64,000 nucleotides of DNA from positions 157,864 to 221,863 of the forward strand of contig NW_003314324.1 of assembly GCF_000143415.4 (NCBI RefSeq). The letters are read 5' to 3'. This document shows, piece by piece, positions 11,090 to 24,794 of the stretch. Within the stretch, counting starts at the first letter, position 1, and the number at the start of each line of letters is the position of its first letter. The translations under genes and the position numbers were made by a program. Source of the stretch: Selaginella moellendorffii (lineage: Eukaryota; Plantae; Lycopodiophyta). The notes beneath the pieces are model-generated. The model was given only the letters and a program-made list of their open reading frames with translations, had not been told where the DNA came from and ran no database searches.

Positions 11090-11712
11090 CCGCAGTGGAG
11101 GCATTCATGGCGGAAAGACTCAACATTTGGAATCTAGTGAGGGATTCCTTGGAACGGGCTCAACAAAGGCAAACCAAGTACGCGAACCAAAAGCACCGAG
11201 ATGTAGAGTTCCAAGTTGGGGAGAAGGTGACCAAGAACCTCAGGCTACCAAGTGGGATCAGCCGGAAGTTGACCCAAAGGTAAAATGCATGTATTCCTGT
11301 AAATGAATTGATCTTGAGTTCCTTAAGAAGGTTCGCGGGGCCTTACGAGATTGAGGCACGAATCGGTAAAGTGGCTTACCGTCTCCGACTTCCTCGAGAG
11401 ATGGGGAAGATGCACCCAGTGTTCCACGTGAACTTACTCAATCCGTACATTGAGGATCCGCTTCGCAAGAACCAAGTAAGACCTTCACCTGAGGTTATCC
11501 AAGGGGAAGAGGAATATGAAGTCGAGGCCATCTTCAATGCGCGCAAGAGCAAGTGACAAAGACGCGAGGTGAGAGAGTTCCATGTGAAGTGGAAAGGATT
11601 TCCACACTATGAAGCAACATGGGAACCAGAGGAAAACCTAGCGAATGCATGAGATCTAGTGGAGGAATTTCTGCAAGGCAGAACTCTATGTACTTATGCA
11701 AAGTTCAATTAA
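11090..11712 (+). pseudogene. pol: gypsy pol part 2: integrase C-terminus (GPY/F) and chromodomain
   Basis: Joins part 1 in frame (YHGEL/PAVEAF) after removing A plus one TSD copy. FAGPYEI, HPVFHV, EYEVEAIF...FHVKWKGF...ATWEPEENL. Confidence 0.93.
11280..11330 (+). other. 51-nt GT-AG intron-like insertion in integrase GPY region
   Basis: CAA AG|GTAAAA...TAAGAAG|G TTC. Removal gives KLTQRFAGPYE; the insert carries an in-frame TAA. Confidence 0.75.
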
Positions 11713-12113
11713 AGTATCAATTTGCGAAGTTGAGTAGTGACATATGTTGGGACCTGAAGGCACGTCGAAGGTAAGCTAATTAGCATGGGTTAGCTAGGTC
11801 GACCAAGTGTAGGGCACTACACCCAACTCCCCGTGGGGATGTCGAATCCATAGACGTATTCTACGGAGGTTGGGTTCGAGTCCCAACCCCCTAGTAAAGC
11901 AAGGCTGGGTTCAAGTCTCGACCTCATACTAGGGCGTGGTGAGGTGAGGGGTATAGGGACACCTATATTCCGTTGTCATGGGCTCTTGGCCGGGGAGGCT
12001 AACTTAGGCACACCGCTAAGTGGGGGGATGCCCCCGGAGACATGGTCAACAACTCGTATGATAAAAAGAGACGTTCGATGTGGGCATTGAACTTCTTCCA
12101 TAGGTGGTGGAGT

Positions 12114-13236
12114 TGTAAGGAACTGACTCCCCGAGGTGTCGTAGGCTAAAGGATCCCCGAAAGCATAACCAAAATGACAAAGAGTTCATCGGATGGGACC
12201 GAGTTGAAGATTGAGTCCAAGACCGACTCTGAGACCGAGTTCGAGATAGGTCCGGGATCGAGTCCGAGGCCGAATCGGAGACTGAGTTCGAGACAAAGTT
12301 TGAGATCCGAATCGGGTCCAAGACCAAGTCCGAGGTCAAGTTCGAAGTCGAGTCCAAGATCGGGTCTGAGATCAAGTCCAAGATTGAGTCCGAGACCGAG
12401 TCCAAAGTCGGATCCGAGATCAAGTTCGAGACCGAGTCCGAATACTAATACGGGTCAAGGGGTGAAAGCCCAAAGCGTGCGTCTCCTAGGGCGGGGGGGG
12501 GGCTGCAGGGGGTTCCAAAAGTATAGTAGGGATAGTGAGGTCCAGGAACCAGTCTTGAAGGAACTCTCCAGTGGTGCTTCCAAATTGACTTGAGGTTGAG
12601 ACTGGGGCCAAAGGGCCTTGGGTGGGAGTGAGCATGGGCTTGGATGGTGCGGAGGGGCCACCTAGGGAAGTGCTCAAGAGTAACTCCCACTCCTGAAAGG
12701 GAAACCGACTATGGTGCTCCCGGCTCATGTGGAGTGGTGCCCCACTTGAGTACCTTGTGGCTTATTGGTCCTTGCCCTTCCTAGGGGCTTGGGCCCTCCC
12801 TTCGGGATGGAAGTGGGGGGGTAGAGGTACCCATACCGGGCCGTTAGGCCACGGTGTTTCGCCCCGATGTCCCGAAGCAAATGTTGCACCCAAGGCTTGG
12901 GATTTAGAGGGTCCTATGATCAAGTCTTGTTGTACCAAGAGGTGTTAGGAACATGGAGGCTTGGTGTGCTTGGTTGCTTGTGCCTGCAGGGAGTGTAGCC
13001 GAACCTTAAGTCTAGTCCAACCCGGGGAGGGGGATTGGGAGAGATTTGGGAATTCATGGATGGGTGGTTAACACTCCGTTGTTTGTGTAGTGAGTAGCTA
13101 AAACCAAATAGGACCAAGTAGGAGCTGGTACAATAAGTAGGAACCTTGGCGAGGGAACTTAGCACAAGCTAAGGCAGTGTTGGTCAGATAGACGAGGTAA
13201 GCTAGCAAATTGGAAAGGAAAAATTTGTGACTTACA
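12114..13236 (+). repeat. 3' LTR of gypsy family B (about 1.12 kb)
   Basis: TG...CA termini after the PPT; matches the inverted solo copy at 51357-52501. Confidence 0.92.
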
Positions 13237-14062
13237 ACACCCTCACTATCATATCCTTTGTGTTAGTCTCAATTTGGTCCCAAATGTTATTTATAAAAAG
13301 TGTCTAGATTTGCTCATTTAGCATATCTCTGGAATGTAGAGATTGTCTTGAACACAATGGTGTTCGTGTCGTGTCCAAAACATGTGTTCCTCAGGGGGGG
13401 GGGGGGGAACGGGATGTGGGGTATTCCAAATGTATAGTAGGGATAGTGGGTAGATTGAGCATGGGTGACAAACTTAAGGCATAGTTTAGCTCCCCCTTGT
13501 GTGTCTGTTTCTTTGTTCTGCATCCAGCTTAGGTCTAAGCCCAAGTTCCACACCATACTAGCTGGTGGAGTACTCATATCCTTGCATTAGGCCACTAGTA
13601 TGCTGAAATAGTGTCAAACTCCATTTAACTCTGTTTTGCGTGGTAGTCTTGGCATTAGGATGCTAGATGCTCTAAGACTGTTCCAAGTTGCTCCACACTC
13701 CTGTTCTTTTGCTCCTTAGGCTGTATGCTCAAGAGTCATTCTGTGCTCTAGTGGCATTACTCCTTGGCTCCATACTTGGGAGTTTGGCATTGTTCTTTCA
13801 TTCAGTGGCCCAAGGCCCTAAAACTTGCGTTCTGCACCACTATCCTTTGGACACGTGGTATGTGGCATGTGGGATATGACACGTGGCATGTAGAGAGTTT
13901 AGGTTTCTCTTCATGGTTATCCTAAGGTAAATCACCATAGGATAAAGGGTAAAAATCACATGCACTACATTTGGTATCAAAGGATACGTCTCACGAGTAC
14001 TATCCGATGAGATTGGGCAACTAGTTTCGTTACATACACAAAGATGAAAACGATGATTCGAG

Positions 14063-15707
14063 TGTAAGTGACTAATTTTTCCATTCTAGTTTAGTCACTT
14101 AACCACACCTCCGACCACTTGGAAGAGTCTTACTCACAACCTCCATAAGTTCTATTCCGGACTTGGGCATACTAGCCCCGAGAATGGCATCCCCGCCACT
14201 CAACCTTTGCACTTGGCCCAAGTGCTCCACATGTCCGATCCCAAGACCGACACCCAAAGGTACTACTAACATATCAGCTTGTTAGCTAAGGCCATGCCCA
14301 TTCACTTTTGCTACACTGGTGGTCCAATACCACTTGCATCACAGTCTTGCCTCTCCAAAACTGGGCCATCCATCCATGAGTGGTCATCCCAGATCCACTC
14401 TTTAGCATCCTTAGGATGCCTACAGACATAGGGAATAGCCTTCCCCAATATCCCTTTGTCAATTCCTACCAAGTCCCTTTTCTATCCATGGCTATGTTCG
14501 CCAACACTGCCACTAGATCAAGGCCCGCAAGCTCGGCCACTAAGTCCCATTGTCCTCTGGAACTTCTTCACCACATGGCCATATCCTTAGTCACTACACT
14601 AGAGGACTGTTCCTCCTCCTTTCCTTAATTTGGGACTTCGGGATAACATTTCAAAACACTATGGCCCTACGCAAGCCCCGTGGGTACTCTCCCCACCTTC
14701 TGCATTTAGGTGCTCTAGCCATGGGCTTAGAGCGAGGTTCCATTGAGCCATGCCAGGTATCCAAGTAGCTAGTGCCACCCACACTTGGACTAGGAGCATC
14801 GGCCATTTGATCTCCCAGGGGAACTAGAGCTGGCTCTTGAATACTTCACCAAGTTACCCCACTTGTCAGTTCGTATTCACTCTAGCCTTGGACGTCCCAG
14901 TGGCTATCCCATCACCCAACATCTGGGTACAGCCTTCTTGGGCCAAACTAGCCTTTCCGGGCCAAACTGGCCTTTCCTAGCCAAACTGGCTCCACTGGAG
15001 TCCTCCCCTACTATACTTTTGGAGCTCACCAAACCTCCCAGGGTTTGGGAGATGAATGCTTTGAGCTTTCACCCTCTTAGACTCGAACTCGGACTCGGAC
15101 TTGGACTCAGACTCGGACTCGGATTCGGACTTGGGCTCGGTCTTGGCCTCGCCCTTGGTCTTGGCCTCACCCTTGGTCTTGGCCTTGGCCTCGGTCTCGG
15201 TCTCAGTCCCAGTCTCGATCTTGGTCTCAGTCCCGGTCTCGGTCTCGGTCTCGACTTCGGACTCCATCTCGGGTCCTTCTCGGATTCCATCTCGGGTCCA
15301 TTTCGGACTCCATCTCGGGTCCATCTCAGTCCATCTCGGACTCCATCTCAGTCCATCTCGGACTCCATCTCGGGTCCATCTCGGACTCCATCTCAGTCCA
15401 TCTCGGACTCCATCTCGGGTCCATCTCGGACTCCATCTCGGGTCCATCTCAAGCTCCATCTCGGGTCCATCTCGGACTCCATCTCGGGTCCATCTTGGTC
15501 CTCTTGTGTCTCTTTTCTAGAGACTCACTTATTGCTCATTTCATGCTTGTTCCTCGAACACTTCATTGGGAGTTCCACTCCCGCTTTCGACTTTTCAAAT
15601 TGGAGCTTTTAATCCAAATGTGTTATGTTTGTTTGGCTTTCGCTTTGGCCACTACCACATGGCACCCTTTTGGCTCCACTTTGGGGCTTAGGGATTTGTG
15701 TCTCACT
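14063..15707 (-). mobile_element. Solo LTR of family A
   Basis: Reverse complement of the A LTR; TSD TCGAG/CCGAG; the empty site is visible in inner C near 18450. Confidence 0.9.
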
Positions 15708-17218
15708 CCGAGTGGGTACACATTTGGGTGTAAAGGTTTCACATTTGTTCCTTAGGTATGGATTTTGGTTACCTTTTTGTACCATATTGAGTGAGCTTGC
15801 TCTTGGGCTCATAAGATGGACTGAGATGTTCCGTTTGCACAAGAAAACGAGCGCTTAGACATGAGCGCTTGGGCTCGTGAGTGAGGTGCATTAGCAACTC
15901 AAGGTTTCACTTTGAGTTGGCAGGATTAATATTAGCCTATCAGTGGTTCCATGAGTTATTCCATGTACCGTGGGTGAAAGTAAACCTTTTTTGGGTTTGC
16001 TATGAGTGGCAAATAGGCTAATCTATATCTGTTTAACATTGCACTAGTAGATCCTTCCTAAACATGATTACAAGTGGACCAATCAAGATTGTAGGGATTA
16101 GTCTATTAGTTCAAGTAGTCATTACTGTGCTCTCTCATAAACTTTTCTTGGATGGGACTAAAGGCAATGCAAATGCAAGCTTGAGGTTTGGTCAAAGATG
16201 AAATTGAAAAGAGAGTTGTTAGAGATGAAGGATCAAACATAAAATCATTTTCTCTTCTTGGAAAGATGATTTGCAATGAGGTGTTAACTCATTGCTCATG
16301 TTCATCTTATGCAATCAAGAGTCCCTATCTTGAATTAGGTATGATGGTTTTATTAATGATGAGTTATGGGATGGATAATGGTGAAGTGCTAAACCATTTT
16401 GTTTAGGCTTGCTATTGAAGACTTGGCTTATAATGCTCAATTCTTTTTGGGGAACCTTACTATTATTCCTTAAGTAGTTTGGTGTTGGATTAGTTTTGAG
16501 TTTGGTCGGAAAGAGAGTGGCATGAGCTTGTCAGTGTTGTGAACAAAAGTTAGTAGTGTTGGGTGTTGTAAATCTTTATTGGTGAAGTGTAACATTTATG
16601 TTGCATTTTGTCAAATTAAGTTAGCACTTGATACTCACATAAAATTTTAAAGTAATAATGTGGGCTTGCTCATTGTGTTGTTCAATTAATGATTAAGTCA
16701 TTGTGAACTTATATCATGTCCATGTGATAATGAGCAATAAGTTTACGAAGTTGCTTGGTTATTCGATGATTAACCCCAAAGTGGTTGATGGTGAGATTAA
16801 TCTACTTACATGTAGTAGCATTGTAGTAATTTTGACTAGATTCTCAATGATGATCCATTATGCTAAACTTAAGTTAGTACTTTGTTTCTTTGAGGGTTGC
16901 TTATTGAGGTGTTAGAAAAGGGTTGTAACATTCATTTGCTATAACTCGTCAGTTGATCCGTTGGCACTTGAAGTAGATTGTTGGATGGAAAAAATATGTA
17001 GCTAAAGCATTAATTTTGCTAGCACCTGTGCTAGTGGAGATGATATAGTTATGTCGAGTGATGAGGAATTTTCCTTAGATCTTGATTTTCTATGTCATTT
17101 TTTCTTATTGGATCTTGAAAGTGGTTGAAGAAGAGTGTTAGTGCAATGTGGATATCCAAAGAAATAGTTTTCGTGATCAAGCTTTAGATGTTCATTTTCC
17201 ATTTTGCGGATGTCAATG

Positions 17219-20200
17219 TGTCGCGAATGTGACTTCAGGTATCGAAAGTTACCTGTCGGCTAGTCCTTTCGGATATTCTTACCTTACTGCCACGACGGCA
17301 GGAGGTCGGTATTGCTGGACCCTTTATCAGTCCCTCTTGTGCTAGTGGAGTTAACTGGGCATTTCGAGTGTACTTAGACCGAACGAGCATAAGGACGGAA
17401 TTCCTGTGTTATTAGCTAAGCATACTTAGCCCGGTAAGGAGTTCCCGTCTCGTTTTGTCTTGCACTTGCTAGTGACAAGAACCCTCGCGACATTGAGCTT
17501 GGTCCCTCAATATCGCTAAATGATAGCTTACCGTGTCTGCCAAACACCCTCGCTATCATGCCCTTTGTGTTAGTCTCATTTCGGTCCCAAATGCTATTTA
17601 TGGAAAGTGTCCAGATTTGTTCATTTGGCATATCTACGGAATGTAGAGATCGGCCTGAACACAATGGTGTTCGTCCCGTGTCCAAATTCGCAATCTAAGG
17701 ACATTCCATATTTAGTAAGTTTCGAGCTTGTCCTAGAGACTAACTCCTGATACTAAGGGAGGCTTGGGGTGAAAGCCCAAAGCGTGTGTTCCTCAAGGGG
17801 GGGGGGGCTATGGGGGGTTCCAAATGTATAGTAGGGATAGTGGGTAGGTCGGGCATGGCCGACCAACCTGAGGCATAGTCTAGCTCCCGCTTGCGTGCCT
17901 GTCCTTGTTCTGCGTCCGGCTTGGGTCTAAGCCCAAGTTCCATTCCATGCTAGCTGGTGGAGTACCCATATTCTCACGTTAGGCCACCGGTATGCCGAAA
18001 TAGCGCCAGACTCCGTTTGGCTCCATTTTGCGTGCTGGTCCTGGCATTGGGATGCTGGTTGCTCTAGGACTGTTCCAAGTTGCTCCGGGCCCCTGTCCCT
18101 TCGCTCCTTGGGCTATATGCTCGGGAGTTGCTCTGTGGTCCGGTTCCATCACTCCTTGGCATCACGCTTGGGAGTTTGGCACCGTTCCTTCGTTCAGTGG
18201 CCCAAGGCCCTGAACCTCAGGTTCCTGTGGACACGTGGCATGGACACGTGGCATGTGACACGTGGCATCTGTCACGTGGCACAAAGAGGGTTTAGGTTCC
18301 GCTTCGTGGTGTTATCCTATGGTAAATCACCATAGGATAAAGGGTCAAAACCACGTGCGCTACATTTGGTATCAGAGAATGAGTCTCAGCGAGTACTATT
18401 CAATGAGATTGGGCAACTAGTCTCGTTGCATACGCAGAGATGAAAACGATGATCCGAGTGGGTACACGTTTGGGTGCTAAGACTTCGCATTCGTTCCTTG
18501 GGATAGGTTTTAGTTACCTTTTTGTTCCATATTATGTGAGCTTGCTCTTGGGCTCATAGGGTGGACTGAGTTGTTCCGGTTGCACGAGTTTGCGCTTGGG
18601 CTCGTGAGTGAGGCACATTAGCAACTCAAGGTTACACTTTGAGTTGGCAGGATTAATGTTAGCCTATCGGTGGATCCATGAGTTGTTCCATGTACCATGG
18701 GTGAACGCAAACCTCCCTGGGTTTGCTAAGAGTGGCAAATAGGCTGGTCCGTAGCTGTTTAGCACGGCACTAGTGGATCCTTCCTAGGCATGATTATAAG
18801 TGGATCAATCAAGACTATAGGGATTAGTCTATTGGTTCAAGTAATCATTGCCGTGCTCTCTCAGAAACTTTTCTTCGATTGAACTGAAGGCAGTGTGAAA
18901 GCAAGCTTGAGGTTTAGTCAAGATGAGGCCGGAAAGAGAGTCGTCAGGGACGAAGGATCAAATACGTAAATCATTTTCTCTTCTTGGAGAGATGATCTGC
19001 AACAAGGTGTTAACTCATTGCTTGTGTTCACATCGTGCAATCAAGAGTCCCTATCTTGATGCATGTTGGAGATGGTGGTCTTACAATGGTGAGTTATGGG
19101 ATGGATAGTGGTGAAACACTAAACCATTTTGTCTAGGCTCGCTATTGGAAGACTTGAGTTGCAATGCTCAATTCTTTTCCGGGGAACCTTGCTATTGCTC
19201 CTTGAGTAGCTTGGTGTTGGATTAGTGTTGAGTTTGGTCGGAAAGAGAGTGGCATGAGCTTGTCCGTGTTGTGAACAAAAGTTAGTGGTGTTGGGTGTCG
19301 TAAACCTCTATTGGTGGAGTGTGGCATTTATGTTGCATTTTGTCGAATCGAGTTGGCATTTGATATTCACATGAACGTTTGAAGTAATGACATAAGCCTT
19401 GCTCATTGCATTACTCAATTGATGATCAAGTCATTGTGATTTATATCATATCCATGTGATAATGAGCAATGTTTTTACGAAGTTGCTTGGATAAATGATG
19501 ATCAACCCCAAAGTGGTTGATGGAGAAGCTAGTCTACTTGCACGAAGTAGCATTGTAGTAGCTTTGACTGGATTCTCAATGGTGGTCCATTATGCTAAGT
19601 TTAAGTTGGTACCTTGTTTCCTTGAGGGTTTGCCCATAAGGTGTTAGGAATGGGTTGTAGCATTCATTTGCTATAGCTCATCTGTTGATCTGTTAGCACT
19701 TGGAGTAGATTATTAGATGGAGAAGGTGTGAGGTTGATGCATTGACATCGCTAGCATTTGTGTTAGTGGAAGTGGCATTGTTGATTCGAGTGATGAGGAA
19801 TTTTCCTTAGAGCTTGATTTTCCATGTCATTTTTCTTGTTAGTGTTTTGGCTTCACATTGGATCTTGAAGGTGGTTGAAGAAGAGTGTTAGTGCAATGTG
19901 GATATCCGATGATGTGGTCTTTGTGATCAAGCCTTGGATGCTCATTTTGCACTTTGCGGATGTCAGTGTTGGATATTGGAACAATGGGCAAAGATGTTCA
20001 ATGCTTAAGCATATTATGGGTCATGAGAATTTGTGTTGAGGTGAATCTATGTGAAGTTGTTTGTAGGAAGAAGTTGTTTGAGTCGTGAAAGTTTGCATTC
20101 CTGGACTGAGAGTCATTCTTTCTCTAGGATGGAAAGTTTTCCACAAATTTTCTTAGGCTTTTTCAATGGCTGATCTATCGGTCACTTTGCTCGAAAACCA

Positions 20201-23200
20201 TTCCGTTTTCGTAAGCCAGTACAAACTAGTGAAGGGGTTGAGTTGACTTCAGTTAACTTAGACCTTGATAGGTAGTTTGTATAATGCGGCCCGAAAGGGA
20301 TGCTGACTTTTGAGGCTAAAACAATTGAGTTGGATAGAGTCTAGAGTTGATATCGAAAAGTGGCCGTTGCACTTTTCTCAGAAGGGTGACTCTTGTGCCT
20401 TTCTTTTGTAGCATTATGCTCGGTGGCAGGTTGCACCTTGCATTTTGTTTAGACTCTATGAGAGTAGTGAGCTCTCACTGATCTTGACTTGGTCTTGGTG
20501 GCTGCACCTTGGCTGAGGATGGTGATGTCCAACTTAGTTGTTTGAGGTTGAGATGTTGGTACCCGTACTATAGCTTTGTCTATGAGGAGGTTGTGTACCG
20601 ATATGAGTCCATCTCATGGTCTTCACTTTAGTTTTGACTGAGTGTTGATCACATAGCTAGCCTCTTCAAGGCATGCTCAGAGCTATTGACTAAATGCATT
20701 AGTGAGCTTATTGCGGTTGAATTGGATTCGAGTGGTCATTTAGTTTGTACTTATCTATGAACTTTTATCTCGTACATGGGGTATTATGTTCATGTTGGAC
20801 AAGTATGTAACTCGATGACATGAGTTGGTGTTTGGGTCTTGTGAAGGCAAGTTGAGGAGTGATTGTTAGTTGCTTTGTGACTAGTGATTACTTGTAGACT
20901 TCATCAAGGACCGTTGACACTTGCTTTGCTCAATGATGATTTAGCAGTGATGGGCTTGCTTTACCGGATGGTGTTGCGGAGGATCGTGTCGTTAGACTTG
21001 CATAGGTTTTCTATGTTAGTATATCGATTCTATCTCTGTCGATATCATTTGGTTACGTTTAGTCCGTGGTGTTGGATTTCATTGAGTCTTGGATGTGGTG
21101 ATTCACTCTTTGATGAAATGTTATCTGTAACTGAGTATTGTTGAAGGATTGGTCTCGGATACTAAGTATAGTATCTTCGACTTTGGTTAGCTTGGTTGCT
21201 GGAAAGCTCCGAGTGGTGATTCACTCGTGCTTTCTTCTAGCTTTGTCCTGATGTTGATGGCATTGAAGTGATGCCTTGTCATTGATATTGTTGATATTGA
21301 GATCTGAGTGAAATGAGATATCCTTCCAAGGATTGATATGGAGTTTCATTAATCTTAATGAAGATAGTGTTGATGATTTGGATATGGCTTTATGTTGTTG
21401 GCATTTGTGCATTTTGCTAGTTAACAACTCTGTTGACGTTCAAATGAACTGAGTGGCAAGTTGAGTTAGTTGTGCTTTAGACGAGATTATTTAGTAGGGG
21501 TTGAGCTTTGAGCTTTTCCTTGAAAAGTGATTTAGTCATGGACTATGCTAACTCTACAAGTGGGAGAGTTAGTGATCGATGTTGGAATATTTTGAATCCT
21601 TATGGGATTTTAGTTGAAATATATCAATCATTGATGATTCTTCTTGTGCTTGCTATGAAGTGAGTTACGTCTTGCTATAGATGGATTCATGGAAGATCAT
21701 TTAGTGATCACTTGTTGAGCATAGCTCCATTGTGCTTAGCTTTTGGATTGATGCAGAAATGCTCTTCATTAGCTTTAGCATTATGAAGTTTGGCTTATGG
21801 ATGTGTTGAGGAAGATATTATGAGTTGCATCACGATTTCTTCTTTCACATTGAAGTTAGCTTTTATGAGACTTGTGATCATTATTAGGCAAGACTTGGCT
21901 ATAGGCTTCTTCGAGCTTTGGTTCTTTGAGTTTTATGCTCATTGTTCCATTTGTTAGAAGTTGTTGGGGAAGGCATTTTGGCTCATTAGCTTCGATGTTG
22001 AAGTTTGCTTTTGCATCTAGCAATCATTGGTGATAATTGACTATCATCTAAGATAGTTGATTATCCTTGTCAAGGGTTTTGCTTGATTATTGTTGGTATA
22101 GAATGATTTGCTGTTCTTCGGGATAGTCGATTCTTTCTTCGATGATGATTATGCATTTCTCTATTGATAGGATGATTGATGATCTTTTATGGTGGTTAGT
22201 TGTTCTCTTTGATGGCTTGTGGCTTTTCGCAATATCACATGTTCTTTGTGATTTGCTCTGGATTGGTCTCTTGGGTTTGAGACATCAGTAGGATGTTGCT
22301 AACACTTGCTTAGGCAACTTGAGTTCCTTGGTATTGTTGGCTGGGATCTATTCAGATTGGCTTTTGTGATAGTTAGCAGGCATGAGTGTTTGTTGGTCTT
22401 CCCACATTCATTCTCTTCTGTTGATTATTGCTCGAGTTAGTTTTGATAGATTTGGATGTTATTTCCTTTGGGTGATACATTCGTGAGCATTATGCTTGTT
22501 AGTCAATGATACTTTGAGTTCTCTCTAGTAAGTTGTTGGCTTACTGTCTGCTATCTTCGGTAGTTCAGTTTTATCATTGCATTTACTTGATGATATACTT
22601 GCTATTGAATTTTGTTGGATGGTGCATCCTATGTTTTCTAATGATAGTGATCTTGGTGGTTCCTATACTGTAATACTAGTTTATCGGATGATAACTTACT
22701 TGGAATACTTTTGTGTTCTAATCTAAGCTTTATTCCCTGATAATTAAATCTCTAAACTATCATTGTCTATGACTTTGATATTGTCCATCTATTGATCTTT
22801 GAGTTTGGGCCAGTAATGGGCAGACTGGCTTCGGCACTTCGTGTGCATGGTGAAATCTCTAGTCATGGGGTAGCTCGTGTCGANNNNNNNNNNNNNNNNN
22901 NNNNNNNNNNNNNNNNNNNNNNNNNNNNNNNNNNNNNNNNNNNNNNNNNNNNNNNNNNNNNNNNNNNNNNNNNNNNNNNNNNNTGACTGTGCTAGTGGAG
23001 ATGATATAGTTATGTCGAGTGATGAGGAATTTTCCTTAGATCTTGATTTTCTATGTCATTTTTTCTTATTGGATCTTGAAAGTGGTTGAAGAAGAGTGTT
23101 AGTGCAATGTGGATATCCAAAGAAATAGTTTTCGTGATCAAGCTTTAGATGTTCATTTTCCATTTTGCGGATGTCAATGTGTCGCGAATGTGACTTCAGG

Positions 23201-24326
23201 TATCGAAAGTTACCTGTCGGCTAGTCCTTTCGGATATTCTTACCTTACTGCCACGACGGCAGGAGGTCGGTATTGCTGGACCCTTTATCAGTCCCTCTTG
23301 TGCTAGTGGAGTTAACTGGGCATTTCGAGTGTACTTAGACCGGACGAGCATAAGGACGGAATTCCTACGTGTTATTAGCTAAGCATACTTAGCCCGGTAA
23401 GGAGTTCCCGTCTCGTTTTGTCTTGCACTTGCTAGTGACAAGAACCCTCGCGACATTGAGCTTGGTCCCTCAATATCGCTAAATGATAGCTTACCGTGTC
23501 TGCCAAACACCCTCGCTATCATGCCCTTTGTGTTAGTCTCATTTCGGTCCCAAATGCTATTTATGGAAAGTGTCCAGATTTGTTCATTTGGCATATCTAC
23601 GGAATGTAGAGATCGGCCTGAACACAATGGTGTTCGTCCCGTGTCCAAATTCGCAATCTAAGGACATTCCATATTTAGTAAGTTTCGAGCTTGTCCTAGA
23701 GACTAACTCCTGATACTAAGGGAGGCTTGGGGTGAAAGCCCAAAGCGTGTGTTCCTCAAGGGGGGGGGGCTATGGGGGGTTCCAAATGTATAGTAGGGAT
23801 AGTGGGTAGGTCGGGCATGGCCGACCAACCTGAGGCATAGTCTAGCTCCCGCTTGCGTGCCTGTCCTTGTTCTGCGTCCGGCTTGGGTCTAAGCCCAAGT
23901 TCCATTCCATGCTAGCTGGTGGAGTACCCATATTCTCACGTTAGGCCACCGGTATGCCGAAATAGCGCCAGACTCCGTTTGGCTCCATTTTGCGTGCTGG
24001 TCCTGGCATTGGGATGCTGGTTGCTCTAGGACTGTTCCAAGTCGCTCCGGGCCCCTGTCCCTTCGCTCCTTGGGCTATATGCTCGGGAGTTGCTCCGTGG
24101 TCCGGTTCCATCACTCCTTGGCATCACGCTTGGGAGTTTGGCACCGTTCCTTCGTTCAGTGGCCCAAGGCCCTGAACCTCGGGTTCCTGTGGACACGTGG
24201 CATGGACACGTGGCATGTGACACGTGGCATCTGTCACGTGGCACAAAGAGGGTTTAGGTTCCGCTTCGTGGTGTTATCCTATGGTAAATCACCATAGGAT
24301 AAAGGGTCAAAACCACGTGCGCTACA
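17219..24326 (+). mobile_element. Younger family C element nested in outer C (spans an assembly gap)
   Basis: LTRs 17219-18364 and 23180-24326 (TGTCGCG...GCTACA); PBS TGGTATCAGAG at 18367; TSD CAATG; internal region non-coding. Confidence 0.8.
18230..18281 (+). promoter_or_regulatory. Tandem G-box/ABRE array (4x CACGTGGC) in C LTR
   Basis: Also at 24192-24243; degenerate near 13850 and 29235. Confidence 0.6.
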
Positions 24327-24794
24327 CAATGTTAGATGTCAAAAATATAGGCAAAGATGTTTGATGCTTAAGCATGTTATTGAGTCATGAGAATTTGTGT
24401 TGAGGTGAATCTATGTAAAGTTGATGGTAAGAGGAAGTTGATTGAGTCTTGAAAGTTTGCATTCCTAGACTAAGAGTCATTCTTTCTCTAGGATAGAAAA
24501 TTTTCCACAAATTTTTTTAGACTTTTCCAATGGTTGATTTGTTGATCATTTTGCTCAAAAACCATTCCATTTTCGTAAGTTAGTACAAACTAATGAAGGG
24601 GTTAGAGTTTATTTCAGTTAGTTTAGACATTAGTAAGTAATTTGTATGATGCACCCAAAAGGGATGATAACTTTTGGGGCTAAGGCCATTGAATTGGATA
24701 AAGTCTAGAGTTAATGTAGAAAAGTGGTTGTTGTGCTTTTTTTAGAAAGGTGACCCTTATACATTTCTTCTGTAGTATTGTGCTTGGTGGTAGG

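Larger units (their letters stand above)
1..13236 (+). mobile_element. Ty3/gypsy chromovirus LTR retrotransposon ('family B'), decayed; 5' end outside window; interrupted by LARD A at 3269-11084
   Basis: Domain order gag Zn-knuckle, PR, RT, RNase H, IN, chromodomain. PPT AGGTGGTGGAGT (12102-12113), then 3' LTR TGTAAGG...CTTACA. Confidence 0.95.
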
